Shown here one piece after another: positions 17,913 to 27,955 of a stretch of DNA of 64,000 bases. A model generated the notes under the pieces. The model had not been told where the DNA came from. It saw only the letters and a program-made list of their open reading frames with translations, and ran no database searches. A program made the position numbers and the translations under genes. Origin of the DNA: an uncultured Anaerolineales bacterium (lineage in GTDB: Bacteria; Chloroflexota; Anaerolineae; B4-G1). The DNA lies in NCBI GenBank assembly GCA_964530325.1, contig CAZHAX010000015.1:516-64515 (forward strand). Reading direction: 5' to 3'. The stretch's first letter is position 1; each line of letters begins with the position of its first letter.

Positions 17913-20168
17913 GTGAGCGAACGTGCCGAGCGAATGGTGTTGGCGGTCCTCCTGGCGCTTTTCGCGCTACTGGGTGTCGCCTACAGCGTGATCGTCCCTC
18001 CATTCGAGGCCTCGGACGAGAAGTGGCACTATCCTCTGGTCAAGCACATTGCAGACACAGGCTCGCTCCCGATCCAGGATCCAGCGGTCGACCAGCCCTG
18101 GCGCCAGGAGGGAAGCCAACCTCCGCTCTACTATGCCCTGGCGGCCGGGGCGACGTTCTGGATAGAGACACCGGACATGGGTGAGGTCCGTTACCTCAAT
18201 CCTCATGCGGACGAGGGCCCGATGCCTGACGGCAACGTCAACCTGGTGGTGCACCGTCCGTCGCTGGAAGCATTCCCCTGGCAGGGCACGGTTCTCGCTG
18301 TCCACGTCATCCGCCTGCTGTCGGTCCTCATGGGCATCGGTGCCGTATACCTGACCTACGCCATCTGTCGAGAGGTGGTGCCTGGTCATCCACTGGTGGC
18401 ACTGGCGGCGGCGGCCATTCACGCCTTCACGCCCATGTACGTCTTCGTCAGCGCCTCGGTCAACAACGACGCGCTCGTCGTGCCCCTGTGCAGCCTGGCT
18501 CTGCTGATGCTGCTGCGCCTGGCTCGCGGCGCCCAGACCGGTGACCGCCAGGACGTGCTGCGCCTGATCCTGCTCGGGGTTGTGCTGGGACTGGCGGCAT
18601 TGACGAAGACGAGCGCTCTGCCGTTGACGGTGCTGACCGCCGCAGTCGTTGTCGTCAGGGCAGCCCGGTTTCGTTCCTGGCGTGAGCTGCTTATCGGCGC
18701 GCTGGCAACCGCGCTACCTATGCTGGCTGTAGCCGGCTGGTGGTACGTCCGCAACCTGGATCTCTATGGGGAGCTGCTCGGCCTTGACGTCTTCACGGAG
18801 ATTCTGGGAACGCGCGGCGTGCCCGCAGATCTTGCCCAGCTGTGGCGGGAGCGCTTCAGCTTCATGGCCGGGTATTGGGGCAACTTCGGTGGCCTCAACG
18901 TGCCTCTGGCGGACGGGGTCTACGCGGCCCTCAACGTGTTGGCCGGTGTCGCTGCGGCAGGCATTCTGCTGATGCTCCTTAGGGGACTGCTTCGGAGGCT
19001 CGCTCCGATACGGGTCTGGGGCTGGGGCCTGGCGATCTGCGGACTCTGGGCGGCTGGAGTGCTCGTCTCCTGGGCCTGGTGGGCCACGGTCACCTGGTCG
19101 TCCCAGGGCCGCCTCGTGTTCTCCGCTCTCTCCGTCTGGTCGCTGGCTCTGGCCTTGGGGCTTGGCGCCTGGCTGCCCGGCCGGCTGGCCGGTTGGGCGG
19201 GAGCGGCTCTTGGGGCGTTCCTGCTAGTCATCTCTGCAATCGCCCCACTTGCCTGGATCGCTCCTGCCTACGCTCTGCCCGAGCCTCTCACTGAGGAGCA
19301 GGTGGCATTGATCTCCAATACCCTGGAGGTCGACTTCGGCGGCGTGCTGCGCCTTCTGGGATACGATCTCCGGGCCCAGTCTGTCTACCCGGGTGACGCA
19401 GTCGAGCTCACCCTCTGCTGGGAGGCGGTGCATGCCGCGGAGAGGGACTACACCGTCTTCGTGCACCTGCTCGGCGATCACGAGCTCGTCGTAGGGCAGC
19501 GAGACACCTATCCGGGCCTGGGGCTGCTTTCGACCACCTGGCTGGAGCAGGGATCTCGCTGGGCCGACTCGTACGTGATCGCCGTGCCGGCCACAGCCTA
19601 CACGCCCGATACAGTCGAGATCGAGGTGGGGCTGGCGCACGTGCCGACGGGCGAGCGGCTGCCTGCCACAGGATCGGGAGGCGAGCCGCTGGGTGACAAC
19701 GTTCGCTTCGGCCGCGTGGAGATCGTGCCGCCGCCTGGCGAGACGCCCAACCCGGTGTCTATCGACTTCGGCGGCCTGATGAGGCTCGGCGGGTACGATG
19801 TTAGCCGGCGGCTTGCCCAGCCTGGTGATGTCGCGACGGTAACGCTCTACTGGAGCGCGCAACGGCCAATCGGGGATGAGTACAGCGTGTCCGTTCAGTT
19901 CGTTGATTCCGCGCAGCGCAAAGCGGCGCAGCACGACGCCTGGCCGCAGAACGGGGCTGCGCCTACGTCTTCGTGGGAGCCGGGAGCGGTAATCGTCGAC
20001 GAACACGTGCTCGAAGTCTACGGCGATGCGCTGCCTGGAGTGTATGACCTGCGGGTAACCGTCTACCGGGTCGCGGACGGGGAGATCATTCATCTGCCGA
20101 CGGTCCCAGAGGGCGGGCGCATGCAGTCCGACCACGTCAATCTTACGAAGGTGCGGGTGGCGGAGTAG
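17913..20168 (+). CDS. GT-C membrane glycosyltransferase (PMT/ArnT-like, PMT_2 family) with a C-terminal duplicated soluble domain
   Basis: SDEKWHYPLVKH...QPPLYYAL motif region typical of the ArnT/PMT GT-C family. More than 10 TM helices. The C-terminus has two homologous ~100-aa repeats (LRLLGYDLRA... / MRLGGYDVSRR...). GTG start after GAGGAGGGG. Confidence 0.8.
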   Translation: MSERAERMVLAVLLALFALLGVAYSVIVPPFEASDEKWHYPLVKHIADTGSLPIQDPAVDQPWRQEGSQPPLYYALAAGATFWIETPDMGEVRYLNPHADEGPMPDGNVNLVVHRPSLEAFPWQGTVLAVHVIRLLSVLMGIGAVYLTYAICREVVPGHPLVALAAAAIHAFTPMYVFVSASVNNDALVVPLCSLALLMLLRLARGAQTGDRQDVLRLILLGVVLGLAALTKTSALPLTVLTAAVVVVRAARFRSWRELLIGALATALPMLAVAGWWYVRNLDLYGELLGLDVFTEILGTRGVPADLAQLWRERFSFMAGYWGNFGGLNVPLADGVYAALNVLAGVAAAGILLMLLRGLLRRLAPIRVWGWGLAICGLWAAGVLVSWAWWATVTWSSQGRLVFSALSVWSLALALGLGAWLPGRLAGWAGAALGAFLLVISAIAPLAWIAPAYALPEPLTEEQVALISNTLEVDFGGVLRLLGYDLRAQSVYPGDAVELTLCWEAVHAAERDYTVFVHLLGDHELVVGQRDTYPGLGLLSTTWLEQGSRWADSYVIAVPATAYTPDTVEIEVGLAHVPTGERLPATGSGGEPLGDNVRFGRVEIVPPPGETPNPVSIDFGGLMRLGGYDVSRRLAQPGDVATVTLYWSAQRPIGDEYSVSVQFVDSAQRKAAQHDAWPQNGAAPTSSWEPGAVIVDEHVLEVYGDALPGVYDLRVTVYRVADGEIIHLPTVPEGGRMQSDHVNLTKVRVAE

Positions 20169-20227
20169 CCGGTGACGACCATTCCTCAGTCGACGCCAGC
20201 CGGCGCGACCGATACCAGAGCAGGCAA

Positions 20228-22513
20228 GTGATGAGCAGACGGCGGCAGGACATCCCGGGCAATCGTCTGTTGGGGCCGGCGCTGCTGCTGGCCCTGGTGC
20301 TGATCCTTTTCCTGTGGCCGGTGTGGGCCCTGGGCTACGAATCGCCTCCTCCCGGGGGCGACACCTGGAAGCAGCTCTATCCCGTCTGGTCCTACATCGG
20401 CGAGCACGTCAGGCGAGGTATTCTCCCGCTGTGGAACACGCGCATGATGGGCGGCGATCCCATCGTCGGCGAGCCGCAGTATGGCCTGTTCGACCCACTC
20501 AACTGGCCGCTCTTCCTGATGTCGCCCATTCCGGCCTGGGCGGTGCTCGTCCGTGCCGCGCTGCCGCTACTCCTCGGCGGGGTGGGGATGATGTTCTACC
20601 TGACCCGTTCTCCCGTCTGGCGCCTCGGCCGGCCTGCCGCGCTTGTGGGCAGCATTGCCTATATGCTGGCCGACCCATTCATCGTCCATCTCGGCCACCC
20701 ACAATACGGTGACGTCCTGGGCTGGTTTCCCTGGTGCCTGGCCGCAGTGGATTGGGCACTCGGCTGCCCCGGCGCCGCACCGCTGGCTGGGATCCCGTTG
20801 GCCCTAATGGGGACCGGAGGCCATGCTCAGGCGGTACTCTACGCAGCCGGGGCAATCCTGCTGTACGGCGCGTGGCGGGTAGCGGAGGGTGGCCGGCAGG
20901 GTATTCTGCGCCGTACGGCAGGGCTGCTCGCGGCAGGCGTGACCGGACTGGGCCTGGCGGCCCCGATGATACTGCCGGCCATCGAGCGCTACCCCTTCAC
21001 CGAGCGGGCAGCGCTGCAGGTCGTGCCCGCCACGGGATATCAGTGGAGGCTCGATACTCTGATCGACCTGCTGAGCCCTCACTTCCATGGGCGCGGGTCC
21101 GAAGGACTATGGATGACGGGCGGGCGGATAGATACTGCGTACGTAGGCGCCGTGGCTCTGTTCCTGTTCCTATTGGGGCTTGCCGCCGACCGGCGCCGCC
21201 GGCGGGCCTGGTTCCTTCTGCTGCTGAGCACGCTGGCGGTGCTGCTGGCGCTTGGCTACAATGGCCCCCTGTTCCCCCTTCTGGCCCGACTCGACCTGGT
21301 AGCCAGAATGGAGAAGACGGCCCGTGCGGCTGCGCTTGTCTCCTTCGCCCTGGCCGCAGGCGCCGCGCTGGGCGTGCAGCACCTCCTTGCGTCCGATCGG
21401 CTCAGGCGCGCAGGTACCATCCTGCTGCTCGTGGCCGCTGTCACGCTGTGGCTTGCTGCGCCTTCAGTGGCCCAACTGGTTACTGCCGGCGAGCGATACG
21501 TGCGGGCAGTGGGCTCGCTGCGGGCGGCGGCCGGCCTGGGCCTGCTGCTGGCCCTGTCGGTGCAGCTCATGCGCGTCAGTACTGCGGGGGCCGCTGCGGT
21601 GGTGGTGCTTCTGGCAGTCGAGCTGATCGTCAGCGGCGCCTTCGTCGAGGCGGAAGCGCCGGCAGTACGGCAGGAGCATGACGCCGCTCTGGCCTATCTG
21701 GAGGCGGACCCGGGCTGGTTCCGTGTCGACGTCGATTCTGAAGCCGTGGAGCTGTGGCCACCCCACTTGCTCGTGGCGGAGGGGTTTGCCGTTCCGCGAA
21801 CGGTGGGTAACCCCATGGAGCTGAGAGCCTTCAATCTGTTCTACTGGGGGCAACCTACGAAGACGAGTGTTGGCTACCGGCTGCTTGGCGTGAAGTACAT
21901 CGTCGTTCGCAAGCACGCGCCACCTGGCGGTGAGGGAATAGCGCCGGTCTTTGCAGAAGATCCGGTCATCGACCTGCACCTGCACACGATCTCCATGCCG
22001 CGCGCCTGGCTGGTCTACCGGACGGTTCAGGTGGAGGAAATGGGCCAGGCGATGAGCGTGATGTCCGAGCCCGGCTTCCGCCCGGAACTGGTGGCCACGG
22101 TTGAGGGCGGGCCGATGTTGGACGGCGAAGGTGAGGGCTGGATCGGCCTCCTGACCTACGAGCCGAACCGGGTGGCTCTGGAGGTTCACAGTTCGGCGCC
22201 GGCGCTCTTGGTCCTGTCCGATGTGCTCTATCCGGGCTGGGAGGCCGCCATCGACGGTGAGCCCGTAACCCTCTACCTTGCGGACGGCGTCTTTCGTGGG
22301 GTGTCGATCCCACCTGGCGATCACCATTTGCAGATGAGCTATCGTCCCGCCTCTTTGCGACTGGGGCTTGGCCTGGCGGCTATGACGGCGCTGATGGTAG
22401 GCGCGGTGACCGTGGTCGGCGCTGCTCGGCGGCGGGCTAGTGGTGCGGGCGTCCGGCCACCTGGAGGCAGCGGAGCGCAGATGACCGGATCGACAGGAGA
22501 AGCAGCGGAGTGA
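20228..22513 (+). CDS. YfhO-family membrane protein (GT-C-like)
   Basis: N-terminal QLYPVWSY...LWN region, multi-TM. C-terminal LSDVLYPGWEAAIDGEPVTLYLADGVFRGVSIPPGDHHLQMSYRP matches the YfhO C-terminal signature. Confidence 0.8.
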   Translation: MMSRRRQDIPGNRLLGPALLLALVLILFLWPVWALGYESPPPGGDTWKQLYPVWSYIGEHVRRGILPLWNTRMMGGDPIVGEPQYGLFDPLNWPLFLMSPIPAWAVLVRAALPLLLGGVGMMFYLTRSPVWRLGRPAALVGSIAYMLADPFIVHLGHPQYGDVLGWFPWCLAAVDWALGCPGAAPLAGIPLALMGTGGHAQAVLYAAGAILLYGAWRVAEGGRQGILRRTAGLLAAGVTGLGLAAPMILPAIERYPFTERAALQVVPATGYQWRLDTLIDLLSPHFHGRGSEGLWMTGGRIDTAYVGAVALFLFLLGLAADRRRRRAWFLLLLSTLAVLLALGYNGPLFPLLARLDLVARMEKTARAAALVSFALAAGAALGVQHLLASDRLRRAGTILLLVAAVTLWLAAPSVAQLVTAGERYVRAVGSLRAAAGLGLLLALSVQLMRVSTAGAAAVVVLLAVELIVSGAFVEAEAPAVRQEHDAALAYLEADPGWFRVDVDSEAVELWPPHLLVAEGFAVPRTVGNPMELRAFNLFYWGQPTKTSVGYRLLGVKYIVVRKHAPPGGEGIAPVFAEDPVIDLHLHTISMPRAWLVYRTVQVEEMGQAMSVMSEPGFRPELVATVEGGPMLDGEGEGWIGLLTYEPNRVALEVHSSAPALLVLSDVLYPGWEAAIDGEPVTLYLADGVFRGVSIPPGDHHLQMSYRPASLRLGLGLAAMTALMVGAVTVVGAARRRASGAGVRPPGGSGAQMTGSTGEAAE

Positions 22514-24465
22514 GCCAACTGAGAGCGGTCCTGCAAGCGACGATCGTCTGCGTGCGCCGCCACCGCGGTCCATTTGTGGCCGCGCTGGTTCTGCTGACAG
22601 CATTCGTCGCCTACGGGCTCAGGACTGCTACGCTCACGGCGCAGAGCATGTGGATCGACGAGGTGATGGCCCTCGAGTTCACCGAGGGCAGCTTCGCCGA
22701 GACGATGAACACGATCGTCCAGCCCCAGCACAACGGCCCGCTCTTCTACCTGCTGCTCTACCTTTGGCGCCAGGTTGTTGGCGACACCGACTTTGCGGTG
22801 CGCTATCTGTCCGTCGTCCTCTCCGTCCTCACGCTGCCGCTGATGTATCGGTGGGCGAAGGGGCTGGCTGGCCGTCGCGGGGCGCTCGTGGCCGTCTGGC
22901 TGCTCGCCTTCTCTCCATTCAGCCTCTGGTATGCGCAGGAGGCGAAGATGTACGCCCTGCACGTGTTCGCAGTGGTTGCCTCCAGCCTGGCGCTTCTGGA
23001 GGCCTTCCGCTGCGGGCGCTGGTGGCGCTGGGCGCTCTACGGCCTGCTGACTCCGGTCGTGCTCTACAGCCACTTCTTCGGCGCTCTCTTGCTCGCAAGT
23101 CAGGGAGCGGTGGCTGTCCTTCTTGGCTGGAAACGGTGGAAACGGCTGCTTGCCTACGCCGGAACGATGGCAGTGGTCGTAGCAGTGCACCTGCCCTTGA
23201 TCGGCATAGGCCTGCGTGTGCTGCAGAACTACCAGCCGCAGGAGCGATGGCGGTTCTTCGTGGGGCTGGGCACAGTGCTGCCCGATCTTGTGGGGCGGTT
23301 CTTCTTCCGAGTGCCCGAGTACGATTTGCCTTGGTGGCAGCTTCTGCTGGCCGGGGGACTGATCGTCGGTGGCGGCGTGGCTGCGGCTTTGTCGCGGCGA
23401 AAAGGGCCCGTCGTGGCACTGCTGCAGGCCACGCTGCCCATAGCCCTTTTCTACGGTGTTTCCTTCGTCGTTCCAGTCTACTCAGCCAAGTACCTCAGCG
23501 CAGCCTTGCCTTCCGTGCTGGTGCTCGTGGCCGTGGCAGTCATTGGGCTGGCCCGTCTGTGGAAGCCGGCTTGCCTGCTGCTGATCGCATTGGGAATGCT
23601 GATGGTCGGCGGCATCGTCCGCGACCTGACAGATCCTGCCGTGCAGCGTGGCGACTGGCGCTTCGTGGCCGACTACGTCGAGGGCCACGAGGGATCGAAC
23701 GACATCGTGATCGTCTACGCGGAATACGCCGTCAACGCCTTCGAGAGGTACTACGAAGGGCTCTCAGAGGTATCTGTCCCGCCGGCAGCCGTGATCCACG
23801 ATCCGTGGGAATACTACAGGACGCTGGCGGAAGAGTACGATCGTCTCTGGCTGATCCTCTATCACGATCGCGCCGCGGCGCCGGAGAACCTGCTGCAGGC
23901 AGGCGTGCAGGAGCAGTACCCGATGATGACAGGGCAGTACCCGAACGGCGGCGAGATAGCGCTGCTCGGCTACCAGCTCCGGACCTCGTATCCGGGCCTC
24001 CCGGGCGAAGCGTCGACGCTGGAGGCGTGCTTTGCCAACGGCCTCTGCCTGGCCGGCTATGCACTGGATGGGACTACGCTGGCGGCCACCGACCCGCCTC
24101 CCGAGCCGCATCCGCCGAGCAATTGGCTCCACGTGGTGCTCTACTGGGAGCGGGAGCCTGAGATCGACGCGGCGAGCGTGCGGCCCCTGGTCAGGCTGAT
24201 CGACGGTGCCTATCAGGTCTGGGGCGGCGACCTACAGGACTATCGGAGCCTGTTCCGCCGCTTTCCGCCGGCCGAGTGGAAGCCCGGCCAGGTAGTGGAG
24301 AGCCACTTCGACGTCAACCTCAATCCGTTGACGCCGCCGGGCTCCTACCGCCTGGAGGTGAGCCTGGCAGTCGACGGGGACGAGAACCAGCGCATAGCGC
24401 TGCTCGACCCTCAGGAGGGCATGCCTGCTGATCGGCTCGTCTTCGAGACGATCAGCATCGAGTAG
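22510..24465 (+). CDS. GT-C membrane glycosyltransferase (PMT/ArnT-like) with a C-terminal soluble domain
   Basis: MWIDEVMALEF...HNGPLFYLLLYLW PMT_2-type motif. Multi-TM. Start GTG overlaps the YfhO stop (GTGA), which indicates coupling. C-terminal domain is homologous to those of 10427.. and 17913.. Confidence 0.8.
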   Translation: MSQLRAVLQATIVCVRRHRGPFVAALVLLTAFVAYGLRTATLTAQSMWIDEVMALEFTEGSFAETMNTIVQPQHNGPLFYLLLYLWRQVVGDTDFAVRYLSVVLSVLTLPLMYRWAKGLAGRRGALVAVWLLAFSPFSLWYAQEAKMYALHVFAVVASSLALLEAFRCGRWWRWALYGLLTPVVLYSHFFGALLLASQGAVAVLLGWKRWKRLLAYAGTMAVVVAVHLPLIGIGLRVLQNYQPQERWRFFVGLGTVLPDLVGRFFFRVPEYDLPWWQLLLAGGLIVGGGVAAALSRRKGPVVALLQATLPIALFYGVSFVVPVYSAKYLSAALPSVLVLVAVAVIGLARLWKPACLLLIALGMLMVGGIVRDLTDPAVQRGDWRFVADYVEGHEGSNDIVIVYAEYAVNAFERYYEGLSEVSVPPAAVIHDPWEYYRTLAEEYDRLWLILYHDRAAAPENLLQAGVQEQYPMMTGQYPNGGEIALLGYQLRTSYPGLPGEASTLEACFANGLCLAGYALDGTTLAATDPPPEPHPPSNWLHVVLYWEREPEIDAASVRPLVRLIDGAYQVWGGDLQDYRSLFRRFPPAEWKPGQVVESHFDVNLNPLTPPGSYRLEVSLAVDGDENQRIALLDPQEGMPADRLVFETISIE

Positions 24466-24483
24466 CTGTCGGCCGGCCCGGTG

Positions 24484-25824
24484 CTAGTACTCGTAGCAGC
24501 TGCCCCCGATGAACTCGCGCAGCAGCGAGTCCGGAGGGATTGACGATTCGTCCTCGACCGGGTGGACTGCCTCCAACAGGCGCTGAACGCGGCTCGCGCG
24601 CTCGGCAGCATCCTCCCGAAGCGGGTCATCACCGTATTCCTGCGCCCACGCCGAGAACCGCTCCAGCAGCCTGGCCCGCATGGCGGGTAGCTCGTACGGA
24701 AGGCCGGTGTTGATGATATAGTCAGTCGCGCTGAGATAGGGCACAATGTTGCGCATCTCGCTCTTGCGGACGTAGTGCCAGTGCTCCAGCGTCCGCTGGG
24801 GGTCGTATGCTCTGTACTCAGCGTCACGCACCATGCGCCGCATCAGCCGCAGGTCTGTCCAGCGGATGTAGTTCCCGTCCGGTCCCTTCATCTGCAGCAA
24901 AGGCTCGAGGTATAGCCTGAACTTCGCCTCGTCGTCGATGCCCTCCGTCATCGGCGGGTAGAGGCCGTGCAGGCTGTCGATAAGTATCAGGTCGCTGGCC
25001 CCGATTCGCATCGGCGTCTTTCCCTCACGGCGTTTGCCTGCCTTGAAGTCGTAGAAGGGGGAGGTCACCTCCTCGCCGGCGACGAGCCTGCTCAGATGCC
25101 TGTTGATCAGATCAAGATCAAGCGCCTGCGGCGTCTCGAAGTCGTAGTCCCCGAACTCATCACGCGGATGCATCTCCAGGTCGAAGAAGTAGTTGTCGAC
25201 GGTAAGGGGGACCAGGCTGAGGCCCATCTTGCCCAGCAGGTGGCCGAGCTTGATCGTTGTCGTCGTCTTGCCGGAAGAGGACGGGCCGGCGATGATGACC
25301 AGCTTGAGTTCGTCGCGCCTCTCGCCCACGATCTCGGATGCGGTCGTGATGTCTTCGTTGTAGGCGCGATCGGTCTCTCGGACGATCTCGTCGAATTCGC
25401 CGCGATCGATCCGGGCGTTCAGCCTGGCGACGGTATGCAGATCGTGGGTGATTGCCCAATCCAGGACCTCCCAGATCTTCTGCCACGGTATGTTCGCCGA
25501 AGGACGGGCTGAGCGGCGAGCCCTCTCTCGCCGCCGGCGGGCGCGCTCGTCGCGGTAGAGGATGAAGGCCTTGGCTGTCCTCGCGTGACCGTTTTCTATG
25601 AGCGCCTTCTCGACCGCGTCCTGGATCTGCTCCACGGTGGGGGTGCCGCCGGGCGCAATCTGCTCCTCCAGCAGATCTATGACCTTACCGGCCAGCTGCT
25701 CCGCTATGGCCCGGTCGCGGCCGCCGACGGCGACCGCTGCCCGGTATATGGCGTTCGTGATGCGGTCCTTGTTGAAGGGGACGACCGCGCCGGTTCGTTT
25801 GACAACCTGCTCAATCCTGGCCAC
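24484..25824 (-). CDS. ATP-cone domain fused to a uridine-kinase/phosphoribulokinase-family P-loop kinase
   Basis: N-terminal ATP-cone-like segment (VVKRTGAVVPFNKDRITNAIYRA...). P-loop IIAGPSSSGKTTT plus a PRK/UDK-type body. Confidence 0.7.
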   Translation of the reverse strand: MARIEQVVKRTGAVVPFNKDRITNAIYRAAVAVGGRDRAIAEQLAGKVIDLLEEQIAPGGTPTVEQIQDAVEKALIENGHARTAKAFILYRDERARRRRERARRSARPSANIPWQKIWEVLDWAITHDLHTVARLNARIDRGEFDEIVRETDRAYNEDITTASEIVGERRDELKLVIIAGPSSSGKTTTTIKLGHLLGKMGLSLVPLTVDNYFFDLEMHPRDEFGDYDFETPQALDLDLINRHLSRLVAGEEVTSPFYDFKAGKRREGKTPMRIGASDLILIDSLHGLYPPMTEGIDDEAKFRLYLEPLLQMKGPDGNYIRWTDLRLMRRMVRDAEYRAYDPQRTLEHWHYVRKSEMRNIVPYLSATDYIINTGLPYELPAMRARLLERFSAWAQEYGDDPLREDAAERASRVQRLLEAVHPVEDESSIPPDSLLREFIGGSCYEY

Positions 25825-26060
25825 TCTGTCGGTTCTCCCTTCCAGCGACCTGCGACGATGTACGCCGGCAGCGTTCCTGACTCTTACACGTCAGTTCCAT
25901 TCTATCATACCAGGCTGAACGGCGTCAAGGCTGCCCGAGCCGGCCTTCGGGCGGCGCAAGGAGCCTGGAACCCCGTTGTGGCAAGCGGCCGACGACAGCC
26001 CGGTTGGCCCGGGAATCGATTCGTGCTACAATCTCCCTATCCTGACTTGGGAGGCAAGCG

Positions 26061-26453
26061 GTGGAAACGAGGTTCAAGATCCTACGTTTTGTCGGCACGC
26101 TGTGGAAGATCGTCGCCTGGATCGTCCTCGTAGTCGGCATTCTCTCCTCTATAGGTATGCTGATCTCGGGCATCCTGGGCGGCGCCGGTCTGCGAGACCT
26201 GTTCCAGAGCCTGACAGAGGGCATGATAGACGAGCTCCCTGCGTGGCTTGATTGGATCGGAGGCGTGCTTCTCTTCTTCGTGTCCCTGGTCGTCACCCTG
26301 ATCTACTTCCTTCTCCTGTACGCGGGTGGGGAACTCATCCACCTCTTCCTGGCGATCGAGGAGAACACCCGTCTGGCATACGAGCAGCTGCAGTGGGCGC
26401 AGACGGGGGCAGCGCCGACCCTGGCGGCTCCCGGACCTCCTCCCGCTGCGTAG
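26061..26453 (+). CDS. Small hypothetical membrane protein (3 predicted TM helices)
   Basis: GGGAGG RBS upstream. Hydrophobic helices. An extended -10 (TGcTACAAT) / TTGGCC promoter-like pair about 40 bp upstream. Confidence 0.4.
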   Translation: METRFKILRFVGTLWKIVAWIVLVVGILSSIGMLISGILGGAGLRDLFQSLTEGMIDELPAWLDWIGGVLLFFVSLVVTLIYFLLLYAGGELIHLFLAIEENTRLAYEQLQWAQTGAAPTLAAPGPPPAA

Positions 26454-26528
26454 CGGGCCAAGCTGGGGAAAGAGACAGCCCCGGCCAACGGCCGGGGCTG
26501 AATGCATGCCTGCGAATGCCGCCGGGTC

Positions 26529-27818
26529 CTACTTCGACACAACGATTGCCTGGGCTCGCTCCGGCCCCACGCTGATGAAGGTGATCGGCACTCCCACCCA
26601 GTCCTCGATCCGGGCGATGTAGTCGCGCGCAGCGGCGGGCAGGTCGGCCAGAGAACGAGCCGCGGTCAGGTCCTCTTCCCAGCCGGGCAGCTCCTCGTAA
26701 ACCGGGTTCCACCTGGAGAGGGCGTCGATGCCCGCTTCGGCGGGGAAGTACTCGATGCGCTCTCCATCGTGCTCGTAGGCCACGGCGACCTTCAGCCTCT
26801 CCAGCCCACTCAGCACGTCCAGTTTGGTCAGGGCGATCTGGTCGAGCCCATTGATGCGGGCGGCGTAGCGTAGGATGACCACATCGAGCCACCCGCAGCG
26901 GCGGGGCCGCCCGGTGGTGGCGCCGTACTCGCTGCCCGTCTCCCGAATCCTGTCGCCGACCTTGCCTGTCAGCTCCGTGGGGAAGGGCCCTTCGCCGACT
27001 CGGGTCGTGTAGGCCTTGGCCACTCCGATCACCTGAGAGACCTGGCGGGGGCCGAATCCAAGCCCTGTCAGTGCTCCGCCGGCCACGGTGGATGAACTCG
27101 TCACGTAGGGGTACGTGCCGTGGTCGAGGTCGAGCAGGAGGCCTTGGGCGCCCTCGCAGAGAACGGTCTCTCCTGCCGCCATCCGCTCCGCCAGCAGCGC
27201 CGAGCCGTCGACGATGTGTGGGGACAGCCGCCGGGCGTAGGAGCCGTAGGAGGCGGCGATCTGCCGTGCATCGGAGGGCTCGCTGCCGAGCACCTCCTTC
27301 AGAAGCTGATTGTGAGCGCGCACACGGTCGGCGACCTGATCTGCGAAACGCTCCGGATCGACCATGTCGCCGATCCGCAGGTTCGTCCGCGCCGCCTTGT
27401 CCGCATAGGCCGGCCCATTGCCGCGCCGGGTAGTTCCGATGGCGCGCCCGCCGCGAGCCTCCTCTCCAGCGCCGTCTAGCGCCTGGTGGGTGGGCAGGAC
27501 CACGTGGGCCGCCGCACTGAGCTTGAGGTGGCCCGGGCTCACGTCCACACCCGACTCCGCCAGCTCGTCCATCTCCGCGATCAGGCGGGCGGGGTTGACT
27601 ACGACGCCGGCGCCGACGAGGCAGGTGACTGCTTGATTGAGGATCCCGCTCGGCACGAGATGGAGCTTGAGCTCGTGGCCCTGGGCGATGACCGTGTGGC
27701 CGGCGTTCTCACCGCCGTTGAACCTGGCGACGACGCCGGCATCAGCTGCCAGGCGGTCGACGACCCGGCCCTTTCCCTCGTCTCCCCACTGCGTGCCCAC
27801 CACGATTATCGCAGGCAT
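26529..27818 (-). CDS. purA: Adenylosuccinate synthetase
   Basis: MPAIIVVGTQWGDEGKGRVVD... N-terminus after an internal ATG with GGAGG upstream. Full-length PurA-like body. Confidence 0.92.
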   Translation of the reverse strand: MPAIIVVGTQWGDEGKGRVVDRLAADAGVVARFNGGENAGHTVIAQGHELKLHLVPSGILNQAVTCLVGAGVVVNPARLIAEMDELAESGVDVSPGHLKLSAAAHVVLPTHQALDGAGEEARGGRAIGTTRRGNGPAYADKAARTNLRIGDMVDPERFADQVADRVRAHNQLLKEVLGSEPSDARQIAASYGSYARRLSPHIVDGSALLAERMAAGETVLCEGAQGLLLDLDHGTYPYVTSSSTVAGGALTGLGFGPRQVSQVIGVAKAYTTRVGEGPFPTELTGKVGDRIRETGSEYGATTGRPRRCGWLDVVILRYAARINGLDQIALTKLDVLSGLERLKVAVAYEHDGERIEYFPAEAGIDALSRWNPVYEELPGWEEDLTAARSLADLPAAARDYIARIEDWVGVPITFISVGPERAQAIVVSK

Positions 27819-27955
27819 CGGGTGCCCTCCTCCAAGAAAGTAAGGCGGCGCGGGGAATACCCACTGCCGCCTTCCCTGGGGCATTATACACTAAACGGAG
27901 AGCGCGTCAAATCCAGACGCACTCTAGGGACCTGCTGGTGCGCCGGCGGGCTGTG

